A DNA stretch of 10,088 nt from Polyangiaceae bacterium (GTDB taxonomy: Bacteria; Myxococcota_A; Polyangia; Polyangiales; Polyangiaceae). Location of the stretch: NCBI GenBank assembly GCA_044376115.1, contig JBILLK010000063.1, positions 1-10,088 of the forward strand, given 5' to 3'. Under the pieces are notes generated by a model that was not told where the DNA came from, did not search any database, and was given only the letters and a program-made list of their open reading frames with translations. The translations under genes were made by a program, and so were the position numbers. Shown here piece by piece: positions 1-7,195 of this stretch (positions are counted from its first letter, which is position 1; each line of letters starts with the position of its first letter).

Positions 1-42
1 GAACTCATCCGTATGCCGTTTTGGCTTTCGCTGCTTTGTCAC
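1..42 (-). CDS. IS3-family transposase OrfA, N-terminal 14 codons (partial)
   Basis: GTG at 42 gives MTKQRKPKRHTDEF, matching the basic 'R..yt.EF' start of IS3 OrfA proteins. The RBS is 7 nt upstream. Not in the ORF track. Confidence 0.7.
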   Translation of the reverse strand, partial: MTKQRKPKRHTDEF

Positions 43-104
43 TGTCGGGCTCCACAAGGGAGGCTAACCCCTCCCAGGGTGTCCGCTGAAACGGCTCCAC
101 TTCA
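1..104 (-). mobile_element. Left end of an IS3-family insertion sequence (IRL about 78-104; element continues off the window)
   Basis: The minus strand from 104 reads TGAAGTGGAGCCGTTTCAGCGGACACC. It has the 5'-TG terminus, a TGAAGTGG start like IS911 and a GGACAC inner motif like IS3 (both recalled). A GGAG RBS (53-50) and an OrfA-like start follow. Confidence 0.75.
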
Positions 105-171
105 CCAAATTCATGAGGGCCTGCGCGGGTGCTCGGTCTGGCTCGCGCCTAGCCGTGACAAGAGAGGGTCA

Positions 172-595
172 ATGGGTTGGACGAAAGGCTCCACGTTCGC
201 GGTGCTGTGCGCGCTCTCCTCGTTCGCGATAGGGGCAGGTCAGCGCGGCGGGCAACGAGAGCGCTGACGCCCAAGGCGCCCGCGATCCGAACGCGACGTC
301 GTTGTCGACGATCGATCCGTACGTGGACGTGAGCGCGAACTTCGTGTTCGGGCCGGTGGGCTTGCCACAACATGGGGTTGGGCTGCACGTGCGCGCGCCG
401 GTGGTGGGCATGTTTCAGCCATTCGTTACGGCGCTAAGGAAATTCGAACTGGCGGTGACACGAGGATGGGCGGCCGAATTCACCGTTTTGTTGAGATGGC
501 AGGCCGATGCCCGGGCGATCGAGGGCTCAATTCAACAAAACGTCCAATTGGACCGCCCATCCTCCGGGAAGAACGGCTCAGGCGAGCCAAGGTAG
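172..595 (+). pseudogene. Frameshifted remnant of an exported protein
   Basis: An AGAGAGGG RBS precedes ATG172 MGWTKGSTFAVLCALSSFAIG. Removing one G from GGGG (232-235) joins this to QVSAAGNESADAQ...YVDVSANFVFGP...GVGLHVRAP (frame of ORF 302..595), giving a signal peptide plus beta-strand-like segments. The 3' end is uncertain. Confidence 0.45.
462..564. repeat. 103-bp element with 33-bp imperfect terminal inverted repeats (MITE-like)
   Basis: 462-494 (GAGGATGGGCGGCCGAATTCACCGTTTTGTTGA) versus the reverse complement of 532-564 (GAGGATGGGCGGTCCAATTGGACGTTTTGTTGA) match 28/33, with a 37-bp spacer. No clear target-site duplication. Confidence 0.8.
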
Positions 596-665
596 AGAGC
601 CGACTGCAACGCGCGCTGGGCTCAATCGGCACTCGGCCAACGCTGCGGCAGCCAACCGTCGCCGT

Positions 666-1892
666 TCACGGCACCTCGAGCTCCACCACCACCGGGCAAT
701 GGTCGGAGGCCTTGGGCCGATCCCAGCCGACGCGCGGGTAGCGTGCTCCTTGATGGCGCGCTGCGCGGTACGGCTGACCCTCGCGGATGATCTTCGGCTT
801 CACCGAAGCATTGGCCGCGGCCACGGCCGGCGAGACGATGATGTGGTCCAGCTGGCTGTAGACGTCGTCACGACCGAAGTAGCTCGTCCAGCGATCCAGC
901 GGGTCGGCGATCCACTGACAGACATCGACGCCAAACGGCTTGTTGCCTCCTAGTAGCTCGGACAGGGCGCTTTGCGCTGGCCGGCCCGAGATCAGATCCG
1001 GCATCACGGTCGAGCCGTCCACCTCGGTGTAGTCGTTCATGTCGCCACAGATCGCCCAGTTTGCGGAGGCTGCGCCGGCCTCAGAGCCAAACCGCGCGCG
1101 GATGATCTGGCGCACCGCGAGCACCTCCGCGCGGCGCATCGGATAGGTCAGCTCGCGGTAAGGTGGGTTGGCCTTGAGATGGCAGATAAAGACGCTGAAA
1201 GGCCGCCCACCGATCTCCAACCCGACCTCCAAGCAGTCCCGCCGAAAGATGCGATCGTTGGGCGACGGCTTGGGCAAACCGCGACCTCGACCGCGCTCCT
1301 CCCACTCCTGTTGCAACAGTTTTTCAACCTTCTCGCTCCAGCTGCCCGGTACATCGTTGAAGGTGACATGGGCGTGGGAGGAGACCGAAGTCACCGGCAA
1401 CTTCGACAGAAAGCCGACATCGATACCGCGACCGTCGTTGCCCTCGACCACCCGGAAGTGGCGGTAGAAATGGCGGCCTTCTGCCTCAGCGCGCACGGTC
1501 TCGAGTTGGTTGCGCAGCCAACGTTGACCGGTCTCTCCGCGGGTGGCGGCCTCTGCCGCGAGGGCTGGTAGCGCGCGCTTTACGTCCTGCGCCACGCGGT
1601 GCGCCAGCGTCTTGTGGATGTACTCATCCCGGAACAGCCGCAGCGCCGTTTCATTCTCCACCTCCTGCAGGCAGATGAAGTCAGCCTCGGTGTCGATCAA
1701 CGCCTCCGCCGTCAGCTGACGAGCATCATCGGAGAGGGCGGCCTCAACCGTACGGCGGATCTGCCGAGCCTCCTCCGCGTTCTCGAACACGAACATGCCG
1801 AAGCGACGATCACTCGCTCGCCCCCCGACCACCTCGGAAGGGCGCGAAAACAGGTTCTCGATGTTGAAGGTGGCCAGGCGAAAGGACGGCAT
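666..1892 (-). CDS. Endonuclease/exonuclease/phosphatase (EEP) family protein
   Basis: 408 aa with EEP motifs ATFNIENL, CLQEVEN, GNDGRGIDVG, CHLK, ICGDMND, QLDHI and C-terminal ASDHCPV. Confidence 0.93.
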   Translation of the reverse strand: MPSFRLATFNIENLFSRPSEVVGGRASDRRFGMFVFENAEEARQIRRTVEAALSDDARQLTAEALIDTEADFICLQEVENETALRLFRDEYIHKTLAHRVAQDVKRALPALAAEAATRGETGQRWLRNQLETVRAEAEGRHFYRHFRVVEGNDGRGIDVGFLSKLPVTSVSSHAHVTFNDVPGSWSEKVEKLLQQEWEERGRGRGLPKPSPNDRIFRRDCLEVGLEIGGRPFSVFICHLKANPPYRELTYPMRRAEVLAVRQIIRARFGSEAGAASANWAICGDMNDYTEVDGSTVMPDLISGRPAQSALSELLGGNKPFGVDVCQWIADPLDRWTSYFGRDDVYSQLDHIIVSPAVAAANASVKPKIIREGQPYRAARHQGARYPRVGWDRPKASDHCPVVVELEVP

Positions 1893-1914
1893 GCAACTGG
1901 GATATCACAGTCAG

Positions 1915-2379
1915 CTACAATCCGAGCTCGCTGAGCCCAGGGTGGTCGGCGGGGCGAGGGCCCAACGGCCAGCGAAAGAGACGCTGGGAATCCTCGAGCG
2001 GGAGGTCGTTGATGCTGGCCTCCCGGCGGCGCATCAGCCCTTGCTCGTCAAACTCCCATTGCTCGTTACCGTGGGCGCGGGACCAGGCGCCCACGGCATT
2101 CTGATGTTCGTAAACGAAGCGCACAGCGATGCGGTTCTCATGAAAGGCCCACACCTCCTTGATCAGCCGATACTCAAGCTCGCTCTGCCACTTCCTCGCC
2201 AAGAACGCGCGGATGGCGTCGCGGCCTTGGAAGACCTCGCTGCGATTGCGCCAACGACTGTCCTCCGTGTAGGCGAGCGCGACGCGCTCGGGGTCCCGGC
2301 TGTTCCAGGCGTCTTCGGCAAGCCGCGCCTTGAGAACCGCGCTCTCGGCAGTGAACGGAGGAAAGGGCGGACGACTCAT
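1915..2379 (-). CDS. DUF1348 / SnoaL-like (NTF2-fold) protein
   Basis: 154 aa with the family signature RPPFPPFT...[25 protein letters not shown]...[18 protein letters not shown]...GNE.WEF...GLM.RR.ASIND and C-terminal HPGLSELGL. Confidence 0.93.
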   Translation of the reverse strand: MSRPPFPPFTAESAVLKARLAEDAWNSRDPERVALAYTEDSRWRNRSEVFQGRDAIRAFLARKWQSELEYRLIKEVWAFHENRIAVRFVYEHQNAVGAWSRAHGNEQWEFDEQGLMRRREASINDLPLEDSQRLFRWPLGPRPADHPGLSELGL

Positions 2380-2388
2380 CGGTAGACC

Positions 2389-2937
2389 TCAGCGCGGGTG
2401 ATGGGTGACAACGGGGAAGTCGATGTCGGTTGCAGCCACCGAATTCACGTAGTTGGTCAGCGTATTGAGCGCGACGTGCAGGACGATCTCCAGCACCTGC
2501 GCGTCATCGTAGCCGGCCGCCTTGACCGCCTCGAGGTCGCCGTCGGTCACGTGACCGCGCTCGCGCACGATGCGCGTGGCAAAGCGCACAGCGGCAGCCG
2601 CGCGAGCATCGTTCGAGCCACCCGCTCGGTTGGCGGCGATCTCGGCGTCATCGAGCTTCGCGAGGTTCGACCCGAGGTAGCTGTGGGCCGAGAGGCAGTA
2701 GTCGCAGCGGTTCTGCTCGGCAACGGCGAGGGCGATGCGCTCGCGCGTCCTCGCGTCGAGCTTCCCCTTGCCGAGGGCGCCGCTCAGGCCGAGGTAGCCC
2801 TCGAGCGCGGCGGGACTGTTGGCGACCAAACGGAACAGGTTCGGCACGCTGCCGAGCTGCTTATTCACAGCCTCGAGCGAGGGACGAGCGGCTGCGGGCG
2901 CGGCTTCAATGCTGGCGGGGATGGCAAGGCGAGACAT
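2389..2937 (-). CDS. Carboxymuconolactone decarboxylase / AhpD-family peroxidase-related protein
   Basis: Start moved to ATG2937 (MSRLAIP), which has an AAGGAA RBS upstream; 182 aa. AhpD-type motif RERIALAVAEQNRCDYCLSAH (CxxC) plus G.VPNLFR and NTLTNYVN. Confidence 0.9.
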   Translation of the reverse strand: MSRLAIPASIEAAPAAARPSLEAVNKQLGSVPNLFRLVANSPAALEGYLGLSGALGKGKLDARTRERIALAVAEQNRCDYCLSAHSYLGSNLAKLDDAEIAANRAGGSNDARAAAAVRFATRIVRERGHVTDGDLEAVKAAGYDDAQVLEIVLHVALNTLTNYVNSVAATDIDFPVVTHHPR

Positions 2938-3051
2938 GGTCGAGTTCCTTTCAAAAAGGGCGGCGGGGCCGACGAGCAACCTGCTCGCAGTACCCTGCCT
3001 CCGTCACCCAACAACCATGCTTCGCCACATCATGAACAACAATGACAGCGA

Positions 3052-3085
3052 TTGACAGGACACCATTGCAGAATATGCAATGGTG
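3052..3085. promoter_or_regulatory. LysR operator palindrome overlapping a likely lysR promoter
   Basis: Perfect inverted repeat CACCATTGCA-GAATA-TGCAATGGTG (3061-3085) containing T-N11-A (T3067-A3079). TTGACA at 3052-3057 lies 18 bp before TGCAAT (3076-3081). Confidence 0.75.
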
Positions 3086-3087
3086 AA

Positions 3088-3987
3088 GTGGACCGACTCG
3101 ACGCGATGACGGTTTTCGTAACGGTCGCCGAGCTCGCGGGCTTTGCTCCTGCGGCGCGGCGGCTCAAGCTCTCGCCGTCGGCGGTTACCCGCTTGGTGGC
3201 CGGGCTCGAGGATCGGCTCGGCGCGCGGCTCTTGCAGCGCACCACGCGGTCGGTGACGCTGACGGACGCCGGCGCGCGCTATTTGGAGCGAGCGCGTCGC
3301 ATTCTGGCGGACGTTGCTGAAGCGGAGGGCGCAGCGCAGGCCGAGCGCGCCGTACCCTCGGGGCGGCTCGTGGTCGCGGCCCCGAACGTCTTTGGTCGGC
3401 TGCATGTAGCGCCGCTCATGGGCGCGTACCTCGAGAAGTACAAGTCGGTGAGGGCGGAACTCACGCTCGCCGATCGGCTGATCAACCTGGTGGAGGACGG
3501 CGTCGACGCTGCCGTTCGCATCGGCCAGCTCGAGGACTCCTCGCTGGTGGTTCGCCCCGTTGGCTCGACCCGACGCGTGCTCGTGGCTTCACCGCAATAC
3601 CTCGCGCGAAACAAGAAGCTGCAAAGGCCAGAGGACCTCGCTCGCCACGCGCTGATTCAATGCACGGCGGTGACGCCGAACCCCGAGTGGCGCTTTCGCA
3701 CGCCAGAGGACTCAGCGAAGGAGCTGCGCGTAGCGCTGTCCCCTCGCTACGTCACCAACAGCGCCGACGCAGCGATCGGCCACGCGCTGCTAGGCGGAGG
3801 GCTGACGATGGTGCTCAGCTACCAAGCCGCCGAGGCCATCCAGCGCAAGAAGCTGCGCGTGGTGCTGCAGGAGTATGAGCCCCCTGCCCTGCCCATTCAG
3901 ATCGTATTTCCCTCCACACGACTGCTCTCGGCCAAAGTGCGCGCCTTCGTCGAGCTGGCCGCGCGCGCCGGCTGGCGCTTCAGTTGA
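3088..3987 (+). CDS. LysR-family transcriptional regulator (CrgA/DmlR-like)
   Basis: Likely GTG start at 3088 (MDRLDAMTVF). HTH GFAPAARRLKLSPSAVTRLVAGLEDRLGARLLQRTTRSV and substrate-binding domain DRLINLVEDGVDAAVRIG...SAKVRAFV. Divergent from the AhpD gene. Confidence 0.95.
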   Translation: MDRLDAMTVFVTVAELAGFAPAARRLKLSPSAVTRLVAGLEDRLGARLLQRTTRSVTLTDAGARYLERARRILADVAEAEGAAQAERAVPSGRLVVAAPNVFGRLHVAPLMGAYLEKYKSVRAELTLADRLINLVEDGVDAAVRIGQLEDSSLVVRPVGSTRRVLVASPQYLARNKKLQRPEDLARHALIQCTAVTPNPEWRFRTPEDSAKELRVALSPRYVTNSADAAIGHALLGGGLTMVLSYQAAEAIQRKKLRVVLQEYEPPALPIQIVFPSTRLLSAKVRAFVELAARAGWRFS

Positions 3988-4077
3988 GTACTGCGGCAGA
4001 GCGAAGGAGGAGCGCCCATCGCGTCGTCGCGCCCAAACCAGATCGCCCCAAAACACCGCGGCTGCGGCCGAGGTAGG

Positions 4078-4269
4078 CGTCCCACAACCTCTGGTCGTTC
4101 GGAGCGAACCTGCGTTATGGGACAGACCGAGGGCCAAGGAGTCGCCTGCGCGTCCCATATCGCGCCGCCGTTCAGGGCGAGCACGCGTTATGGGACGGAC
4201 AGAGGCTGAGGAGTCGACTGCGCGCCCCATATCGCGCCGTCGTTCAGGGCGAGCAGGCGTTATGGGACG
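4078..4269. repeat. Tandem array of three 47-bp palindromic units (REP/BIME-like), period 73/72 bp
   Basis: Units at 4078-4124 (degenerate), 4151-4197 and 4223-4269; the last two are 44/47 identical. Consensus ends are CGTCCCATA...TATGGGACG (unit 2 arms pair 13/14). The 26- and 25-bp linkers resemble each other. Confidence 0.88.
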
Positions 4270-4412
4270 CTTATCGCTGGCGCTTGGGGAACCCACTCGT
4301 TGACGACCCGGATCGAGACTGCGAGTCCGCCAACCAAGGCGTACGGGACTCGAAGTCGCGTCAGCTGCTGGGTTATGTCCAGCAGTGCATCCTCAATCGT
4401 GGCGTTCGCCAT
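4260..4412 (-). pseudogene. Truncated MenT1-like nucleotidyltransferase toxin (N-terminal ~35 aa only)
   Basis: ATG4412 gives MANATIEDALLDITQQLTRLRVPYALVGGLAVSIR, then VVNEWVPQAPAISVP*. The YALVGGLAV motif is the Pol-beta-like NTase GG motif (compare recalled MenT1 WALVGGFAVSAR). The expected R.T.D.D motif is missing. The start overlaps the upstream gene by 20 bp. Confidence 0.72.
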
Positions 4413-4596
4413 CTCGTGCAAGCCAGGCTGAGATCCTGAGTTCGAGTTCGGCGGGAGACAGCTCTGGGTAGCGCGCCCGAAGGCCGGCTCGCTTCAACTC
4501 GATTCCGGCACGCACGAGCTCGAGCGTCTGAGCTGCCTTCTCACTGGGAGAGGCGGTGCGAGCTCTCACAACGTCGTCGCGGCGAAGCGGGTCCAA
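4393..4596 (-). CDS. Small MenA1 (Rv0078B)-like antitoxin
   Basis: 67 aa from TTG4596: MDPLRRDDVVRARTASPSEKAAQTLELVRAGIELKRAGLRARYPELSPAELELRISAWLARDGERHD. The pattern K....L.....G.......L....P......E..I.AW resembles recalled MenA1, and it sits directly upstream of the NTase fragment. It is hidden at the end of shadow ORF 4393..6156. Start codon uncertain. Confidence 0.7.
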   Translation of the reverse strand: MDPLRRDDVVRARTASPSEKAAQTLELVRAGIELKRAGLRARYPELSPAELELRISAWLARDGERHD

Positions 4597-4908
4597 CCGC
4601 CCAATGTTAACACCATCACGAGCCTGGGTTGTTGCGAACCTCGCAGGGAGCCGGCCGGTACAGGCCGTGGCGCCAAACCGAACGATGAGGATGGTCGATA
4701 GGCGATATGGACGTGTTATCTCGGACCTCGTTGCAGGGGCGGACGTCTCCATGTCAGGAAGACCGCTGCGCGAGGGCCTGAGCGCGTGACGAACCACCCA
4801 TCTACTGAGACTGTAGCCTGGCGTTTTAGTTGAGCTCTGACACCTGAAGCGAGCCAGATCTCGCTCGGCCACAAGCCTGCTACCGTGCACCGCGAAGGAG
4901 TTCGGACC

Positions 4909-5889
4909 ATGTGCGACGACATCACCGAGGAAGAAAACGCGGGCTGGATCGAGCAGAAGCTGAGCCGCCGCGAGCTGGTGCTCGGGCTCGGCGCAGCGGC
5001 GGTCCTCCCCGGCTGCGCAAGCGAAGGAGCGGCGCACCGCACCGAAGAGCCTGCATCGAGCGCAACCAGCTCCAGCGGCGCAGAGGCCTCGAACAGCGCC
5101 GCCTCCTCGAACAGCGCCGCGTCCTCGGCGAACGCGACCAGCGCGAGCGTTGCAACAGCCTCGCGCCGCGTGCAAGTCAGCACGCCCGACGGCAAAGCCG
5201 ACGGCTTCTTCGTCGCACCGCGCGAACGCAAGTCGGCGGCGGTCATCCTCTGGCCGGACATCGCTGGGCTGCGTGAAGCCTACGAGACGATGGGCACGCG
5301 GCTGGCCGAGCAAGGCTATGCGGTGCTGGTGGTGAATCAGTATTACCGCTCGGCTGTCGCACCGGTGCTCGCGAGCTTCGCCGAATGGCGCACCGACGCC
5401 GGCAAAGCCAAGCTCAAGCCGATGATCGACGCCATCAACCCGGAGGCCACCACGCGCGATGCGGCCGCCTTCGTCGCTTGGCTCGACGGCCAACCCGAGG
5501 TGGATGTGAAGCGCAAGATCGGCAGCGGCGGCTATTGCATGGGTGGGCCATTCGCGATTCGAACCGCAGCCGCCGCGCCCAGCCGCGTAGGCGCTGCAGC
5601 GTCTTTTCACGGCGCCAACCTCGCCACCGACAAGCCCGACAGCCCGCACTTGCTGCTCGGCAAGACGCAAGCCGCCTTCCTGATCGCCATCGCCAAGAAC
5701 GATGATGAGAAACAAGCCGACGCCAAGACCAAGTTGCGCGAGGCCGCAGACGCCGCCAAACGCCCCGCCGAGATCGAGGTGTACGCCGCACAACACGGCT
5801 TCTGCACCATCGACTCGCCGGTCTACGACAAGCCCGAGGCCGAGCGCGCTTGGGGCCGCATGTTGGCGCTGTTTCAGAGCGGCCTGTGA
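4909..5889 (+). CDS. Dienelactone hydrolase family protein with Tat/lipoprotein signal
   Basis: AAGGAG RBS (4895-4900) and ATG4909 MCDD. SRRELVL twin-arginine motif and LPGC lipobox. DLH motifs WPDIAGLR, GYCMGG (Cys nucleophile), SFHG, NDD and HGF. Confidence 0.92.
   Translation: MCDDITEEENAGWIEQKLSRRELVLGLGAAAVLPGCASEGAAHRTEEPASSATSSSGAEASNSAASSNSAASSANATSASVATASRRVQVSTPDGKADGFFVAPRERKSAAVILWPDIAGLREAYETMGTRLAEQGYAVLVVNQYYRSAVAPVLASFAEWRTDAGKAKLKPMIDAINPEATTRDAAAFVAWLDGQPEVDVKRKIGSGGYCMGGPFAIRTAAAAPSRVGAAASFHGANLATDKPDSPHLLLGKTQAAFLIAIAKNDDEKQADAKTKLREAADAAKRPAEIEVYAAQHGFCTIDSPVYDKPEAERAWGRMLALFQSGL
5087..5127 (+). repeat. 18-bp in-frame tandem repeat in a Ser/Ala linker
   Basis: CCTCGAACAGCGCCGCCT, then CCTCGAACAGCGCCGCGT, then CCTCG; encodes SNSAAS repeats. 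Confidence 0.8.
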
Positions 5890-6602
5890 AAGCTCGGTTA
5901 CGTGGCGCTTGTTTCCTTTCGTTAGCGCTCGGCTGCGGGGCGTCTGCCAAGGACGGTGATCCGCGCGCCTCCGCCGCTTTGGCTTCAGCATCGGCTGGGG
6001 CATCGAATCGCAGCGCCAGCGAGGCTTCCGCGCCCAGCGGCTGCGCAGGAGGCACGCTCGACCTCGATGCTGTTTTGAAGTCGAACCGCTGTCTCGCGGA
6101 GCGCTCCCAACCCTCAACTTCGCGTGAACTCGAGTTGGTGATCGAGCTCGCACCAACGGCGATTGCGCCGGGCCAGCTGGTCAACGCGACCGCCGTAATC
6201 ATCAACAAGGGGTCAAGCCCAGCCTGGCTCGAGTTCGAGGTTCCGCAGCTGCCCGACCCTCCTCAGGGCGTGTTGATAAGCATGCTTTCACCAACTCTCC
6301 ACCGCGGCAGTGATGGCAGTGATGTCACCACGCCGTTGGCCGGCGGGCCCCCTTCCTGCGGTGGCACTGCGGACCTGGTTGACGTGAAGACGAAGTACCT
6401 TCGGGTCCGCCTCGAGCCGGGCGGTCGAGCTTCGATGAGTGCAGCCGTGGAGGCCGTCGGCGTCGCGTCCGCTGCTACCCATCCGCGACGCTGTGCCACG
6501 CTCGCGCCGCTTGCTCCTGGCCAATACGAGCTGCGCGCCAGCGTGCGCCTCAACGGTGATCAACTGCTAACGGCGAAACGCCAGCTCAACGTCGCGCAAT
6601 AG
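5886..6602 (+). CDS. Hypothetical lipoprotein
   Basis: GTG5886 overlaps the DLH stop (GTGA). MKARLRGACFLSLALGC lipobox, a Ser/Ala linker, then a beta-rich Ig-like-looking region (APGQLVNATAVIIN...LEPGG...LAPGQYELRASV). Confidence 0.7.
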   Translation: MKARLRGACFLSLALGCGASAKDGDPRASAALASASAGASNRSASEASAPSGCAGGTLDLDAVLKSNRCLAERSQPSTSRELELVIELAPTAIAPGQLVNATAVIINKGSSPAWLEFEVPQLPDPPQGVLISMLSPTLHRGSDGSDVTTPLAGGPPSCGGTADLVDVKTKYLRVRLEPGGRASMSAAVEAVGVASAATHPRRCATLAPLAPGQYELRASVRLNGDQLLTAKRQLNVAQ

Positions 6603-6686
6603 GAGTCAAGGGTGGCATCTTTTAAGGAGCAGAGCGGTTGCAAACGCGGGGCAGTGTTTCGCGCTCAGACCCGAGCGGCCGCATCG

Positions 6687-7097
6687 ATGCGCGGGGCGCT
6701 GGCGCTCGTGTTGGCTCTCGGTTGCACAGCGACTGAAACGCCTACCGCGGTCCAACCCGCGCAGCCCACGCAGGCCTCGAGCGCAACCGCGGCGCCCAAC
6801 GAATGCGCGAAGACGCAAGCCGCCTTGCTCAACGCGATCGAGCGTTCACGTGAGCGGCCGTGCCAAGCCAGCACCGACTGCGCCACCATCCTCGGCCCGC
6901 GACATCACCTCGATGACTACCGCGAGGTCGTCCACGCCCAAGATGCGGCCGCGCTCAACCAACGCGCGAGCGCCCAACTCGAGCGCTGCGGCGAAACCAT
7001 CCATCACGCTGACATCGGCGTTTATCGCGTGGTCGAAGCCCGCTGCATCGAGGCGCGCTGCGCGGTGAGCGAGACCAACATGCATTTAGAGGAGTAG
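6687..7097 (+). CDS. Hypothetical Cys-rich lipoprotein
   Basis: ATG6687 MRGALALVLALGC lipobox, a Pro/Ala/Thr linker and Cys pairs (PCQASTDC, ARCIEARC). An upstream GTG start at 6612 is also possible. Confidence 0.7.
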   Translation: MRGALALVLALGCTATETPTAVQPAQPTQASSATAAPNECAKTQAALLNAIERSRERPCQASTDCATILGPRHHLDDYREVVHAQDAAALNQRASAQLERCGETIHHADIGVYRVVEARCIEARCAVSETNMHLEE

Positions 7098-7195
7098 TTC
7101 GGAAGGCGAGCCGCCACGCACGAAGCCGCCGGGAGTGGGTCTTGTCGTGAACCGGAGACTTGCGCCCACCCCGCGGCTGAACGAGCTTCTACGCC

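Noticed and set aside
972..3045. Long plus-strand ORFs (972..1571, 1795..2385, 2398..3045)
   Set aside because: Antisense shadows of well-supported minus-strand genes, typical of high-GC DNA.
4078..4269. CRISPR array or type III TA RNA antitoxin
   Set aside because: The spacers are near-copies of each other and there are no cas genes. The repeats lie downstream of an NTase fragment, not upstream of a ToxN-like RNase.
3790..4303. ORFs spanning the repeat array
   Set aside because: Arg/Pro-rich translations of non-coding repeats that overlap lysR; the 73-bp period breaks frame.
4685..4714. MRMVDRRYGR resembles a tyrosine-integrase C-terminal motif
   Set aside because: The preceding LGH and H..R motifs are absent and the match is too short.
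4393..6156. 587-aa minus-strand ORF
   Set aside because: Antisense shadow of the DLH and lipoprotein genes; only its last ~67 codons look real.
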